Assembly (NCBI GenBank): GCA_044222065.1
Contig: JBGAOA010000027.1
Span: 1-52,551, forward strand
Length of the DNA: 52,551 nt
Source: Candidatus Eiseniibacteriota bacterium
GTDB taxonomy: Bacteria; Eisenbacteria; RBG-16-71-46
Direction of reading: 5' to 3'
Part shown: positions 18,992 through 28,176 of the stretch, piece after piece
How positions within the stretch are numbered: position 1 is the first letter of the stretch
Layout: every line of letters starts with the position of its first letter
Notes under the pieces: model-generated
Seen by the model: the letters and a program-made list of their open reading frames with translations, nothing else
The model's database searches: none
Told to the model about the DNA's origin: nothing
Position numbers and translations under genes: made by a program

Positions 18992-20725
18992 GTGAATCAC
19001 ATCCGTCCTCGCGACGCGAGCGCGCCGCCCGAGGCGCGCGTCGTCGCGTTGATCGTGCCTCTCGTCCTCGCCCTGCTGTTCCTCGGCGCGCTGTCGTACG
19101 GCCCGCACTTCCGGCTGCCGTTCCTGGCCGACGACTACGTCTTCCTCGATCGCGTCATCCACTCGAACTTCGCCGGCCTGTGGTCGCGGACGAACACGGA
19201 CTTCGGCTGGTACCGACCGTGGTCGCGCGAGCTCCATTTCTGGTGCATCGAGCGGATCGCGGGTCTCGAGCCGGCGGCCTTCCGCGTCGTCGGGCTGCTG
19301 CTCTGGACGGCGAGCCTCTTGCTGTACGCCGCACTCCTCGCGCGCGTGGTGCCGCGCCGCGCGGCGATCTTCGCGACGCTCGGCGCGAGCGCGCAGGCCT
19401 TGTGGGGCACGCCGATCGTCTGGATTTCGGGCAGTCAGGACCTGTGGATGCTGCTGTTCTCCATGCTCGCGCTGCTCGCCGTCGTGTCGGGGCGGAACCG
19501 GCTCGCGCTTCTGCCGGCGGCGCTCGCGCTGCTCAGCAAGGAGACGGCAGGCGTGCTCCCGATCCTGGCATTCGGGGCCGAGGTGTTCGTGCGCCGCACG
19601 CCCGCGCGCGAGGCGCTTCGGCGGACGGCACCTCTCATCCTGCTCGTCGTCGCGTGGGTGGTTCTTCACCCAACGCTGCTCGACCGCCTGTTCGGGCCGG
19701 AGTATTCAGGACGCGTCGAGGTGGCGACTCGCCCACGATGGCCCGTCGTGCTGACGAAGTCGATCCTCTCGCTCGCAAGCCTCGAGCGCCTCCCCGCGCC
19801 GGAGGGGCTCGACCTCGCCCGCGCGCTGGCGATCGGGGCCTCCGCGCTCGTGATCGCGCTGGTCGCAGCGCTCGCCGCTCGCGATCGAACGCCCGCGCCC
19901 GGAGAAGCTCGCGCGGCGTCGTTCGGAATCCTCTGGACCTTCGCCGGCGAGCTGCCGTCGTTCCTGCCCTCGATCGGCTGGCACGCGTACTACGCCTGCC
20001 TCGGAACACTCGGCGCGTGGTTGCTTCTCGGCCTCGGGCTTGCACGACTCCCGCGCGCGGCGCCGATTGCGCTCGCGCTCGCCGTGTTCCTGCGTGGCGC
20101 CAATGCCGCGACTCCGGCGTCGGACTGGGGAAGCGTGTGGTACCACGAGCGTGCCGGCCGGATCCTCGCGGACATCCGGAAGGAGTTGCTCTACCGACAT
20201 CCGGTCCTGCCGCCGTACTCGCGAGTCTATTTCGGTCACGTGCCGAACAACATCGGGCTCGTGGCCGGTCAGAGCCCGGCGCTTCGCGTGTGGTATCGCG
20301 ACTCGACGCTTCGCGCGGGGTTCTACTCGTATTATCGCGCTCGCGATCCGCGGGCGCCGATGGGCCGCGACTACTTCTTCGTGTTCGATTCCGTGCGCGT
20401 ACTCACCGAGGTCGTCGCGGGCCCCGAGGACATCCCGGAAGCGCGAGCACTGAACCCGAACTGGGGCCGCGACCACGAGAACCTCGCGGCATTGCTCATC
20501 GGAGCGGGCGAGGCGCGGCCGGCCGCGGTCGAGTACGAGAAGCTCTCCGAGGCGTATCCGACACGCCCCGACTTCGCACTTTATGCGGCGGCCGCGTTTG
20601 TGGCGTGCGGGGACTCCGCGCGCGCTCGTCCGCTCCGCTCTGCGGCCGCGCACGCCTACGGCGATTCAGCGGCGGCCGCACTCATCGGCGATCTGCTCGC
20701 CTCGTTGCCGCGCGCGGCCCCGTAG
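18992..20725 (+). CDS. GT-C-like polytopic membrane glycosyltransferase
   Basis: PFLADDY motif in the first loop, WYRP and LLSKE motifs, many TM segments and a TPR-like tail. Confidence 0.75.
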   Translation: MNHIRPRDASAPPEARVVALIVPLVLALLFLGALSYGPHFRLPFLADDYVFLDRVIHSNFAGLWSRTNTDFGWYRPWSRELHFWCIERIAGLEPAAFRVVGLLLWTASLLLYAALLARVVPRRAAIFATLGASAQALWGTPIVWISGSQDLWMLLFSMLALLAVVSGRNRLALLPAALALLSKETAGVLPILAFGAEVFVRRTPAREALRRTAPLILLVVAWVVLHPTLLDRLFGPEYSGRVEVATRPRWPVVLTKSILSLASLERLPAPEGLDLARALAIGASALVIALVAALAARDRTPAPGEARAASFGILWTFAGELPSFLPSIGWHAYYACLGTLGAWLLLGLGLARLPRAAPIALALAVFLRGANAATPASDWGSVWYHERAGRILADIRKELLYRHPVLPPYSRVYFGHVPNNIGLVAGQSPALRVWYRDSTLRAGFYSYYRARDPRAPMGRDYFFVFDSVRVLTEVVAGPEDIPEARALNPNWGRDHENLAALLIGAGEARPAAVEYEKLSEAYPTRPDFALYAAAAFVACGDSARARPLRSAAAHAYGDSAAAALIGDLLASLPRAAP

Positions 20726-20768
20726 CGAGGCGCCGTAGCCGCAGCGCTCGTCCCGCCCCGGCTCGCAC

Positions 20769-21488
20769 TCAGCGCACCCGCTTCTCCGCCTTGCCGCTCG
20801 CGATCGCCTCGCGCGCGAGTCGTTCCAGCGCGACACGCGCCTTCGCGCTCTCCCTCTGCTGCATCTCACCGAGCCGCGACTGCTCGCGGCCGAGCGCTTC
20901 CTGCTCGGCGGAGAGCGGTTCCATCTGCCGCGCGAGCGACCCGATCTCGTTCGACAGCGCGTCGAGTTCGTCCTCGATGCGCCGCCTCTCGGCGCGAAGC
21001 GCGCTCTCGTCGCCGTCGCCTTCGGCGCGACGGCGCTCGAGCAGAGCGAGTCTGCGGCTCAATCGCCCCTGCTTCGCGCCGAGCTGTCCCTGCTTCGCCC
21101 CGAACGCGCCCTGCTTCGCTCCGAGCGCGCCCTGGCGCGCGCCGAGCTGGCCCTGCTTCTCGCCGAGCCGCGAGACGGGATCGAGCGCGACGTGCGCGCG
21201 CTCGATCAGCGCCGCGTCGCGCACGACGTACTGCGCGCCGCGGTAGCGGAACCACAGCAGGTCGCCGTCCTCGTCGTCGCGCAGGCGTCCGAGCGCCTTC
21301 CAGTCCGAGGCGTCCGCGGAGCCGCTGAACGTCTGGTGGTCCTCGCCGAGCAACGCGTACGCGAATTCGTTCGAGTCGCCGTAGCCGAACGAATGCCCGG
21401 CGCGCGCGAGCGCGGGCGTGACGAACAGCAGCAGCGCCGCGAGCGACGCGAAGGCGGGGGCGTAACGCGGACGGGCCGAAGCAATCAC
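20769..21488 (-). CDS. secreted coiled-coil protein
   Basis: GGAGGAGG RBS and GTG start; signal peptide; YVVRD motif followed by a long heptad coiled coil. Confidence 0.8.
   Translation of the reverse strand: MIASARPRYAPAFASLAALLLFVTPALARAGHSFGYGDSNEFAYALLGEDHQTFSGSADASDWKALGRLRDDEDGDLLWFRYRGAQYVVRDAALIERAHVALDPVSRLGEKQGQLGARQGALGAKQGAFGAKQGQLGAKQGRLSRRLALLERRRAEGDGDESALRAERRRIEDELDALSNEIGSLARQMEPLSAEQEALGREQSRLGEMQQRESAKARVALERLAREAIASGKAEKRVR
21067..21171 (-). repeat. five imperfect 21-bp in-frame tandem repeats
   Basis: They encode LGEKQGQ, LGARQGA, LGAKQGA, FGAKQGQ and LGAKQGR. Confidence 0.85.
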
Positions 21489-21532
21489 GGAAACCTCCTC
21501 CAGGAGCGCCGGGCAGGCGTCGTTGCCCCTCT

Positions 21533-21559
21533 GACACGAACACGCCGCCCGAAGGTTGG
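21533..21559 (-). promoter_or_regulatory. possible ECF-type promoter
   Basis: AAC-N16-CGT (ccAACc...CGTgtc) upstream of the 21488 start. Confidence 0.35.
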
Positions 21560-21721
21560 AAGCGGCCGCCCGTGCGTGGAATTACCGCGCCGGTCTCGCG
21601 TCTCGCGCGCGCCGGTAGCGGCCTTCGTTAGCTTTCCCGGACCGCCAACCCCGCGGCGCGCGCCGCGCCACGCTTCCCGTGGCCCGGACCGGGCGCCCCG
21701 TCTCAGAAGGAGTGAGGACTC

Positions 21722-24451
21722 ATGCCGCTTCGTCACACGCTCAAGATCTCGGCGCTCTCGTTCGCGATGCTCGCGGTGTTCGCCGCGGCCGCGATCGCCG
21801 CGCCCGCCCCGCCGAAGGGCGGCAAGGGCGCCCCGCCCGCCGACGCCGCCGGCGACAAGGACAAGCCCTACGGCGAATGGAAGAAGCTCACGAAGGACAC
21901 CGACGTCGCGAAGGGCTTCTTCACGACCTACCGCAAGCGCGAGAACCTGTACCTCGAGATCCGTGCGGACCAGTTCGAGAAGCCGTTCCTCGGCATCTTC
22001 AGTTTCGCGAGCGGCATCGGCTCGAACTTCGTGCTCGGCGGCCTGCCGCTGAACGACCGGCTGCTCGAGTTCCAGCGCGCCGGCGACCGCGTGCTCGTGA
22101 TCGAGAAGAACATCCGCTTCCGCGCGCCCCAGGGCTCCGCGATCGAGAAGGCGGTCGAGCTGTCGTACGGAAACTCCGTGATCGCCTCGCTCAAGGTCGA
22201 GAGCGTGAACGACTCGACCAAGGCGGTGCTCGTGGACTTCGCGAAGTTCCTCGTCAGCGACGTGAGCGACCTCGCCGAGGGCCTGAAGGGCGCGCTCGAC
22301 AAGTCCGTGCGCTTCGACCCCGAGCGCTCGACCGTCACGACCACGAAGATGTTCCCCGAGAACTTCGAGGCCGAGGCGCTGCTCACCTACTCGCCGAACG
22401 ACCGCACGAACTTCGGGCTCGAAGGCGTGTCCGACGACCGGTTCATCCCGATCAAGGTGCACTACTCGTTCTCGAAACTGCCCGACGTGCCGATGCAGCC
22501 GCGCCTCGCCGACGAGCGCGTCGGCTACTTCCTCACCGTGCACAAGGACTTCAGCCGCGACACCGACGAGAACTTCTGGGTGCGCTTCGTGGACCGCTGG
22601 CGGCTCGAGAAGAAGGACCCGACGGCGGCGCTGTCCGAACCCGTGAAGCCGATCGTCTACTACATCGACCGCACGGTGCCGGCCGAGTACCGGCCGTGGG
22701 TGAAGGAAGCCGTCGAGAAGTGGCAGAAGGCGTTCGAGGCCGCGGGCTTCAAGAACGCGATCCTCGCGAAGGACGCGCCCGACGACTCGACGTGGGACGC
22801 CGAGGACGTGCGCTACAGCACGCTGCGCTGGATCACGTCCACGCAGCCGTCGTTCGGCGCCATCGGACCCTCGCGCGTGGACCCGCGCACGGGCGAGATC
22901 CTCGACGCCGACATCCTGTTCGAAGCGTCCATGTTCCAGAACGGCCGCAACGCCTACCGTCGCTACTCGGGGCCGGACCAGATCGCGGAGCAGGCGCTGC
23001 CCGAGACGCGGCTCCGCTCGCTGCCGTCGTGGCTCGCGCTCGAGGACGCGTGCGAGGTCGGCGCCGTCGGCGCCGACGGGCTCGCGCTGCAGCAGATGGC
23101 GATGCTCGTGGACGGCTCGATGCCGCCGGGAAGCCCGGTGCCGACCGAGTACCTGCACGACTTCGTCGTGTGGGTCGTCATGCACGAGGTCGGGCACACG
23201 CTCGGCCTGCGTCACAACTTCCGCAGCAGCACGTCCACGCCCTACGACAAGCTGAACGACAAGGCCTGGATCGCCGAGCACGGGATGTACTCCTCCGTGA
23301 TGGAGTACCCGACGCCGAACATCTCGCTCGACCGCACGAAGCAGGGCTACTACTGGACTCAAGGCGCCGGCACCGAGGACCTGTTCCGGATCCGCTACGC
23401 GTACACGCCGTCGGGCGAGAAGGACCCGTGGAAGGACTACGGGGTCGTTCAGAGAATCGCGCAGGAGAACCTCGCGCCCGGCAACGAGTACTCGAGCGAC
23501 GACGACACCTACCTGCCGACCTCGCCGGACCCGCGCAGCAACATCTACGACCTCGGCGACGATCCGCTGCGCTTCGCGAAGGACCGCACCGCGTACCTCT
23601 CGAGCCTGTGGCGCAATCCGAACTTCGAGGACCGCATCCTCGGCGCCGACGGCAGCTACCCGGTGCTGCGTCGCGCGCTCGACACCGCGTTCGGCCAGTA
23701 CGGCATCGCGCTCGGGTTCGGCGTGAAGTACCTCGGCGGCTCCGAGATCACGCGCGTTCGCAAGGGCCAGCCGGGCGAGCGCACGCCGGTCGCGCCGATT
23801 CCGGCGTCGAAGCAGCGCGAGGCGCTCGACTTCCTCGCGCAGCGCGCGTTCGCGGCCGACGCGTTCGCCGTGAATCCCGTGCTGCTCACGAAGCTCGCGT
23901 CCGACCGCTGGGCGCACTGGGGGATGAACTTCGCCTCGCGCGCCGACTACGACCTCGCGGGCACGGCGTTCGCGATCCAGAACGCGCTGCTCAACGGCCT
24001 CACGTCGCCGTTCCTGCTCGCGCGCATGCGCGAGACCGAGTCGCGCAACGCCGGCGCGCTGACGCTCGCCGAGTATTTCGACGGCCTCACGAAGGCGCTG
24101 TGGGGCGAGGTCGGCGGCGGCGTCGCGAGCGCGGCGGCGTTCCGCGCGCTCAACGGTCCGAACACGCGCCGCGAAGCGCAGCGCGCGTTCGTGGACAAAC
24201 TCGCGAACATGGTCGTGTCGCCGTCGCCGATCGCGCCGGACGACGCACGTGCCCTCGCGCGTCTCGCGCTCACGCGCATCGACGCGCGCTGCGCGCGCGT
24301 GCTCGCGGGCGAGGCGCCGATGGGCGACAACGTTCGCGCGCACCTCATGGAGACGCGGGCGCGCGTGAAGCGCGCGCTCGAAGCGGGACGCGAGGCCGAC
24401 GCGGCGCCGGCGCGCGGACCGGGAGGGCCGTTCGCGACGCCGTCGAACTGA
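21722..24451 (+). CDS. secreted EcxA-like Zn metalloprotease (DUF5117/DUF4953 type)
   Basis: Motifs PRLADERVGYF, DPRTGEILDAD, HEVGHTLGLRHNF and the Met-turn SSVMEY; signal peptide. Confidence 0.92.
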   Translation: MPLRHTLKISALSFAMLAVFAAAAIAAPAPPKGGKGAPPADAAGDKDKPYGEWKKLTKDTDVAKGFFTTYRKRENLYLEIRADQFEKPFLGIFSFASGIGSNFVLGGLPLNDRLLEFQRAGDRVLVIEKNIRFRAPQGSAIEKAVELSYGNSVIASLKVESVNDSTKAVLVDFAKFLVSDVSDLAEGLKGALDKSVRFDPERSTVTTTKMFPENFEAEALLTYSPNDRTNFGLEGVSDDRFIPIKVHYSFSKLPDVPMQPRLADERVGYFLTVHKDFSRDTDENFWVRFVDRWRLEKKDPTAALSEPVKPIVYYIDRTVPAEYRPWVKEAVEKWQKAFEAAGFKNAILAKDAPDDSTWDAEDVRYSTLRWITSTQPSFGAIGPSRVDPRTGEILDADILFEASMFQNGRNAYRRYSGPDQIAEQALPETRLRSLPSWLALEDACEVGAVGADGLALQQMAMLVDGSMPPGSPVPTEYLHDFVVWVVMHEVGHTLGLRHNFRSSTSTPYDKLNDKAWIAEHGMYSSVMEYPTPNISLDRTKQGYYWTQGAGTEDLFRIRYAYTPSGEKDPWKDYGVVQRIAQENLAPGNEYSSDDDTYLPTSPDPRSNIYDLGDDPLRFAKDRTAYLSSLWRNPNFEDRILGADGSYPVLRRALDTAFGQYGIALGFGVKYLGGSEITRVRKGQPGERTPVAPIPASKQREALDFLAQRAFAADAFAVNPVLLTKLASDRWAHWGMNFASRADYDLAGTAFAIQNALLNGLTSPFLLARMRETESRNAGALTLAEYFDGLTKALWGEVGGGVASAAAFRALNGPNTRREAQRAFVDKLANMVVSPSPIAPDDARALARLALTRIDARCARVLAGEAPMGDNVRAHLMETRARVKRALEAGREADAAPARGPGGPFATPSN

Positions 24452-24503
24452 TCGCGCGGCCGCGGCAGGCCGCGGCTCGAACGACGTCGGATCGTGTCGT
24501 ACG

Positions 24504-24546
24504 TCCGGGGCGGGCTCGAATCGAGAGCCCGCCCCGGAACGTTTTT
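24504..24546 (+). terminator. intrinsic terminator
   Basis: 14-bp stem TCCGGGGCGGGCTC / GAGCCCGCCCCGGA followed by acGTTTTT. Confidence 0.75.
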
Positions 24547-24746
24547 CCGCAAACACGGGCGTCGTGAGGTAGCGACGGCCGCGCGCGAGCGAGGCGCCGG
24601 GGGAAAGTGAGCGCGCGCGACGATTCCGTGCTCGATCGAGATCGCGTCCCGCCTATGCTCGCCGCTCGCCGTTCCGGCGCCGCGCTCCGCCCGCGACTCC
24701 CGCGGGCGCGATTCCGTGGCGCATCCCCGCGCCTCGGAGGCCGCCG

Positions 24747-25595
24747 ATGATCCGCCGCATTCCGCTCCTCGCGCTCTGCGCTCCGCTGTTCGCCTCGCTC
24801 CTCGCGCCCGCCGCCTCGCTCGCGATGCCCGACGGATTCGACGTCTCGGTGTTCGCCGCGCATTCGAACGACCGCATCAACGCGCAGATTCGCGGCGTGG
24901 ACCGCGAAGAGACCGCGAGCGGGCTCGCGCTCGGCCTGCGCCTCGAGATGGCGCCCGTCTCGCTCGAGAACGAGGGGTGGCAGGTGCGCTTGTACGGCGC
25001 GGCGCTGCTCTCGAAGCGCACGTTCCTCGTGGACAGCCTCACCGGGAAGATCGCCGAGGACGAGGACGTCACGAAGCGGCTCACCGACGCCGATGCGGGC
25101 GAGTTCTACTTCGGCGGCCGTCTCATGCGGTTCTTCGGCCCGGTCGAGAGCGCCGGCAAGGGCGGGGAGTGGACGGCGGCGCGCTACGCCGCGTACGTGC
25201 GTCTCGAAACGGGCGGCATCAGCGTGTCGGACTCGATCGGCGACTTGATCGACAACCGCTTCTTCGGCGCCGGCCTCGAGTTCAACCGTCACCCGTTCAC
25301 GGGCACGTTCATCGAGGCGGGCTTCGGGAAGACGGACCTGTTCCCGCGCGGCCAGCGCACGGGCCGCTACAAGATCCGGATGGGGATCGAGTACACGCTC
25401 ACGAAGAACGAGGACATGAAGAAGGAGCACACGTACCCGGTCTCGGGCGTGTTCGTGCACGTGCGCGTGGACGGCAGCGCCAAGAACGACGCCGCCGACG
25501 GCGTGCGCGTGACGACCGGCGTGCGCCTCAACGCCTGGGAGACGCTCGGCAAGGTCGGCGGGCTGCTCGGCTTCGACGACAACAGCGCGAAGTAG
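24747..25595 (+). CDS. exported hypothetical protein, possibly a beta-barrel
   Basis: GGAGG RBS, signal peptide and alternating amphipathic strands. Confidence 0.8.
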   Translation: MIRRIPLLALCAPLFASLLAPAASLAMPDGFDVSVFAAHSNDRINAQIRGVDREETASGLALGLRLEMAPVSLENEGWQVRLYGAALLSKRTFLVDSLTGKIAEDEDVTKRLTDADAGEFYFGGRLMRFFGPVESAGKGGEWTAARYAAYVRLETGGISVSDSIGDLIDNRFFGAGLEFNRHPFTGTFIEAGFGKTDLFPRGQRTGRYKIRMGIEYTLTKNEDMKKEHTYPVSGVFVHVRVDGSAKNDAADGVRVTTGVRLNAWETLGKVGGLLGFDDNSAK

Positions 25596-25801
25596 AAGCG
25601 TGTGTCCGCGCCTCGGGCGGCGCGCCCCCCGCGCGGCGCGCGCCCGCGGCGTGCGTGCTCGGCGGGGCGCAGCGGGGGCGCGGCGTTTGCGCCGCCCCCC
25701 GCGCCTCGGGCAAAATCCCCGCCCGCAACGAGCAGTGGGAGTGGCCTCGAGAGGCGCGCTTCCCCCTCCCGATCCACCCGCATCACTGAGGAGCACTCCC
25801 G

Positions 25802-26359
25802 ATGATCTCCGCGACCCAGATGAAGGTCGGCAATCTGATCATGCACAACGGCAAGCCGCACCGCGTGACGGTCGTGGTGCACCGCACGCCCGGCAACCTG
25901 CGAGGCTTCGTGCAGGCGACGCTCGTCAACATCGAGAACGGCTCCAAGAACGAGCACCGGTTCTCGTCGGAAGACAAGGTCGAACGCGCCGTGCTCGACG
26001 AGCACAAGCTGCAGTTCACCTACCGCGCCGGCGACGAGTTCAACTTCATGAACACCGAGAACTACGAGATGGTCGCGCTCGGCAAGGACGTGCTCGGCGA
26101 GGCCGTCGGCTACCTGCTCGAGAGCATGGTCATCACCGCGATGTACTTCGACGGCAAGGTCGTCGGCATCGAGGTCCCGATGTTCGTCGAGATGACCGTC
26201 AAGGAGACGACGCCGAACATCCGCGGCGCCGCGGTGCAGAACACGTCGAAGCCCGCGATCCTCGAGACCGGCATCGAAGTGAAGGTGCCGCCGTACATCG
26301 AAGAGGGCAATCGCGTGAAGATCGACACGCGCACCGGCGAGTTCGTCGAGCGGCTGTAG
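25802..26359 (+). CDS. efp: elongation factor P
   Basis: HRTPGNLRGFV, FMNTENYE, KPAILETG and VPPYIEEG..KIDTRTGEFVER; GAGGAG RBS. Confidence 0.97.
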   Translation: MISATQMKVGNLIMHNGKPHRVTVVVHRTPGNLRGFVQATLVNIENGSKNEHRFSSEDKVERAVLDEHKLQFTYRAGDEFNFMNTENYEMVALGKDVLGEAVGYLLESMVITAMYFDGKVVGIEVPMFVEMTVKETTPNIRGAAVQNTSKPAILETGIEVKVPPYIEEGNRVKIDTRTGEFVERL

Positions 26360-26439
26360 CCGCGGCGCGCGAACGACGGAGCTTTGCACGGGGCGCTGCT
26401 CGACGCGGCGCCCCGACGCGTTTCCGGAGGATCCGAATC

Positions 26440-27135
26440 CTGACCGCGCCCGACCCGCAGCCCGTTCGCGACGCCATCGCCGCCGACCCCGCGCTCGCGA
26501 CGCTTCTCGCCGAGGCGCGCGCGCGCGCGGACGCGGCCGATCGCGCGCACGACGCGGCGCACCTGCTGCGCGTCGCGGAGTGGACGCTGCGGCTCGATCC
26601 GGCTCTCGAGCCACGGCTCGCGATCGCGGCCGCGCTGCTGCACGACGCCGTGCACGTTCCGAAGGACCACCCGGACCGCGCGCGGGCGAGCGAGCGCTCG
26701 GCGGAGTTCGCGCGCACGCGCCTCGCCGCGCTCGGCTTCGGGCCCGCGGCCGTGGAAGACGCCGTCGAGGCGATCCGCGACCACGCGTTCAGCCGCGGCG
26801 CGACGCCGGCAACCGCGCTCGGCCGCGCCCTCCAGGACGCCGACCGGCTCGACGCGCTCGGCGCGTTCGGGCTCTACCGCGTGATCGCGACCGGCGTCGC
26901 GATGGGCGGTGCGCTCTACGACGCGGACGATCCGTGGGCGGAGCGGCGCCCGCTCGACGACCGCGCGTACTCGGTGGACCACTTCTTCACGAAGCTCCTC
27001 CGCCTGCCGGCGACGATGCGGACGGAGCGTGGCCGCGCCGAGGCGCTGCGCCGCGCCGACACGTTGCGCGACTTCCTGCGCGCTCTCGGCCGCGAGATCG
27101 GCCGGCCCGTGCCCGAGGAGAAGCTGCGGGGCTGA
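26440..27135 (+). CDS. HD-domain phosphohydrolase (YedJ-like), non-canonical start
   Basis: Motifs AHDAAHLLRV, LLHD, QDADRLDALGA and HFFTKLL. GGAGG at 26426 is followed by in-frame ATC and CTG. Confidence 0.85.
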   Translation: MTAPDPQPVRDAIAADPALATLLAEARARADAADRAHDAAHLLRVAEWTLRLDPALEPRLAIAAALLHDAVHVPKDHPDRARASERSAEFARTRLAALGFGPAAVEDAVEAIRDHAFSRGATPATALGRALQDADRLDALGAFGLYRVIATGVAMGGALYDADDPWAERRPLDDRAYSVDHFFTKLLRLPATMRTERGRAEALRRADTLRDFLRALGREIGRPVPEEKLRG

Positions 27136-27272
27136 CTTCGGTTCCTCGGCACGTTTCAGAAACGCGGCGACGTCGATCTTCGTGACGAATCGGGCGCGCA
27201 CCCGTTCACACCATTGGACGGCCGCGCGGAGTTCGACCCGAAGCCTCTCTGTGAGGCGCGTGCGGAGGACGC

Positions 27273-28124
27273 ATGAACACCTCGCCCGACACCCTTCTTG
27301 CTTCGCTCCTCGGTGGCGTGACGCACGGAATCGGCGAAACGGTGCCGCGAGTCCTGCGTCATTGGAGGGGCCGGCTCGTTCACGGCCGATCGAAGGCGCC
27401 GCTTCCCGAAGCGAAGAGCCCGCACTACTCCGAGCCGGACTTCGACTCCATCGAGGGCGCGCCGGACTGGTATCCGGTCCTTCGGTCCTACTCGAACGAC
27501 GGCCAGCACAAGGTCGTGCTCGACCTGGGTCCGCACTTCCTTCCCCTCGCGCCGCCGGGAGTCGTTCGCCTCGTTCTCTACAACATGCTCTCCGCCTCCG
27601 CGTGGCGTTGCGGAGACTACGAGCAGGCCTACCGCTTCGCGTCCGCCGGACTCCGCGGATGCAAGCACCCGATTCTCCGGCTCCGGCTGCTCTCGAATCT
27701 CGCGATCGCCCACAACCGGCGCGGCAACCGGGACCAGGCCGAGGCCGCGCTGCTGACGATCCTGAAGGCGGATGATCGGCACATGCTTGCGCTCTACAAC
27801 CTGCTCTGCATCGCCGCGAAGTACGAAGACACGGCGGCGTATTCGACGTGGGGTGGGCGCCTCGCGCGCGCCTACGAGTCGGCGTGCGCGGATCCGAAGT
27901 CCTTCCTCGGGAACTCGATCCTGTCGGACCCGGCGCTGGAGGCCTTTCGCAACCACGCCAGCTTCGCCGAATCGTTCCCCGCGCTCGCCGCGGAACGTGT
28001 GCGGGAGATGACGGGGCACGAGCGCTCCGGATTCACGAAGCACAAGCCGTTCATCGTGGCGATCGCGCTCGCGGCGCTGCTCGTTCTCGCGGGCGCTGCG
28101 GGCGCCGACATGTCGAACAGCTGA
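27273..28124 (+). CDS. TPR-like hypothetical protein with hydrophobic C-terminus
   Basis: GGAGG RBS; TPR-like segments GDYEQAY, SNLAIAH and ALYNL. Confidence 0.75.
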   Translation: MNTSPDTLLASLLGGVTHGIGETVPRVLRHWRGRLVHGRSKAPLPEAKSPHYSEPDFDSIEGAPDWYPVLRSYSNDGQHKVVLDLGPHFLPLAPPGVVRLVLYNMLSASAWRCGDYEQAYRFASAGLRGCKHPILRLRLLSNLAIAHNRRGNRDQAEAALLTILKADDRHMLALYNLLCIAAKYEDTAAYSTWGGRLARAYESACADPKSFLGNSILSDPALEAFRNHASFAESFPALAAERVREMTGHERSGFTKHKPFIVAIALAALLVLAGAAGADMSNS

Positions 28125-28176
28125 CGCGAATCGACCGCGAACGCGCGACGGGCGTTCCGAACGGGCGCCCGCCCGC

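Noticed and set aside
25600..26439. N-terminal extension of the HD protein overlapping efp
   Set aside because: Off-frame overlap with efp and a non-protein-like sequence.
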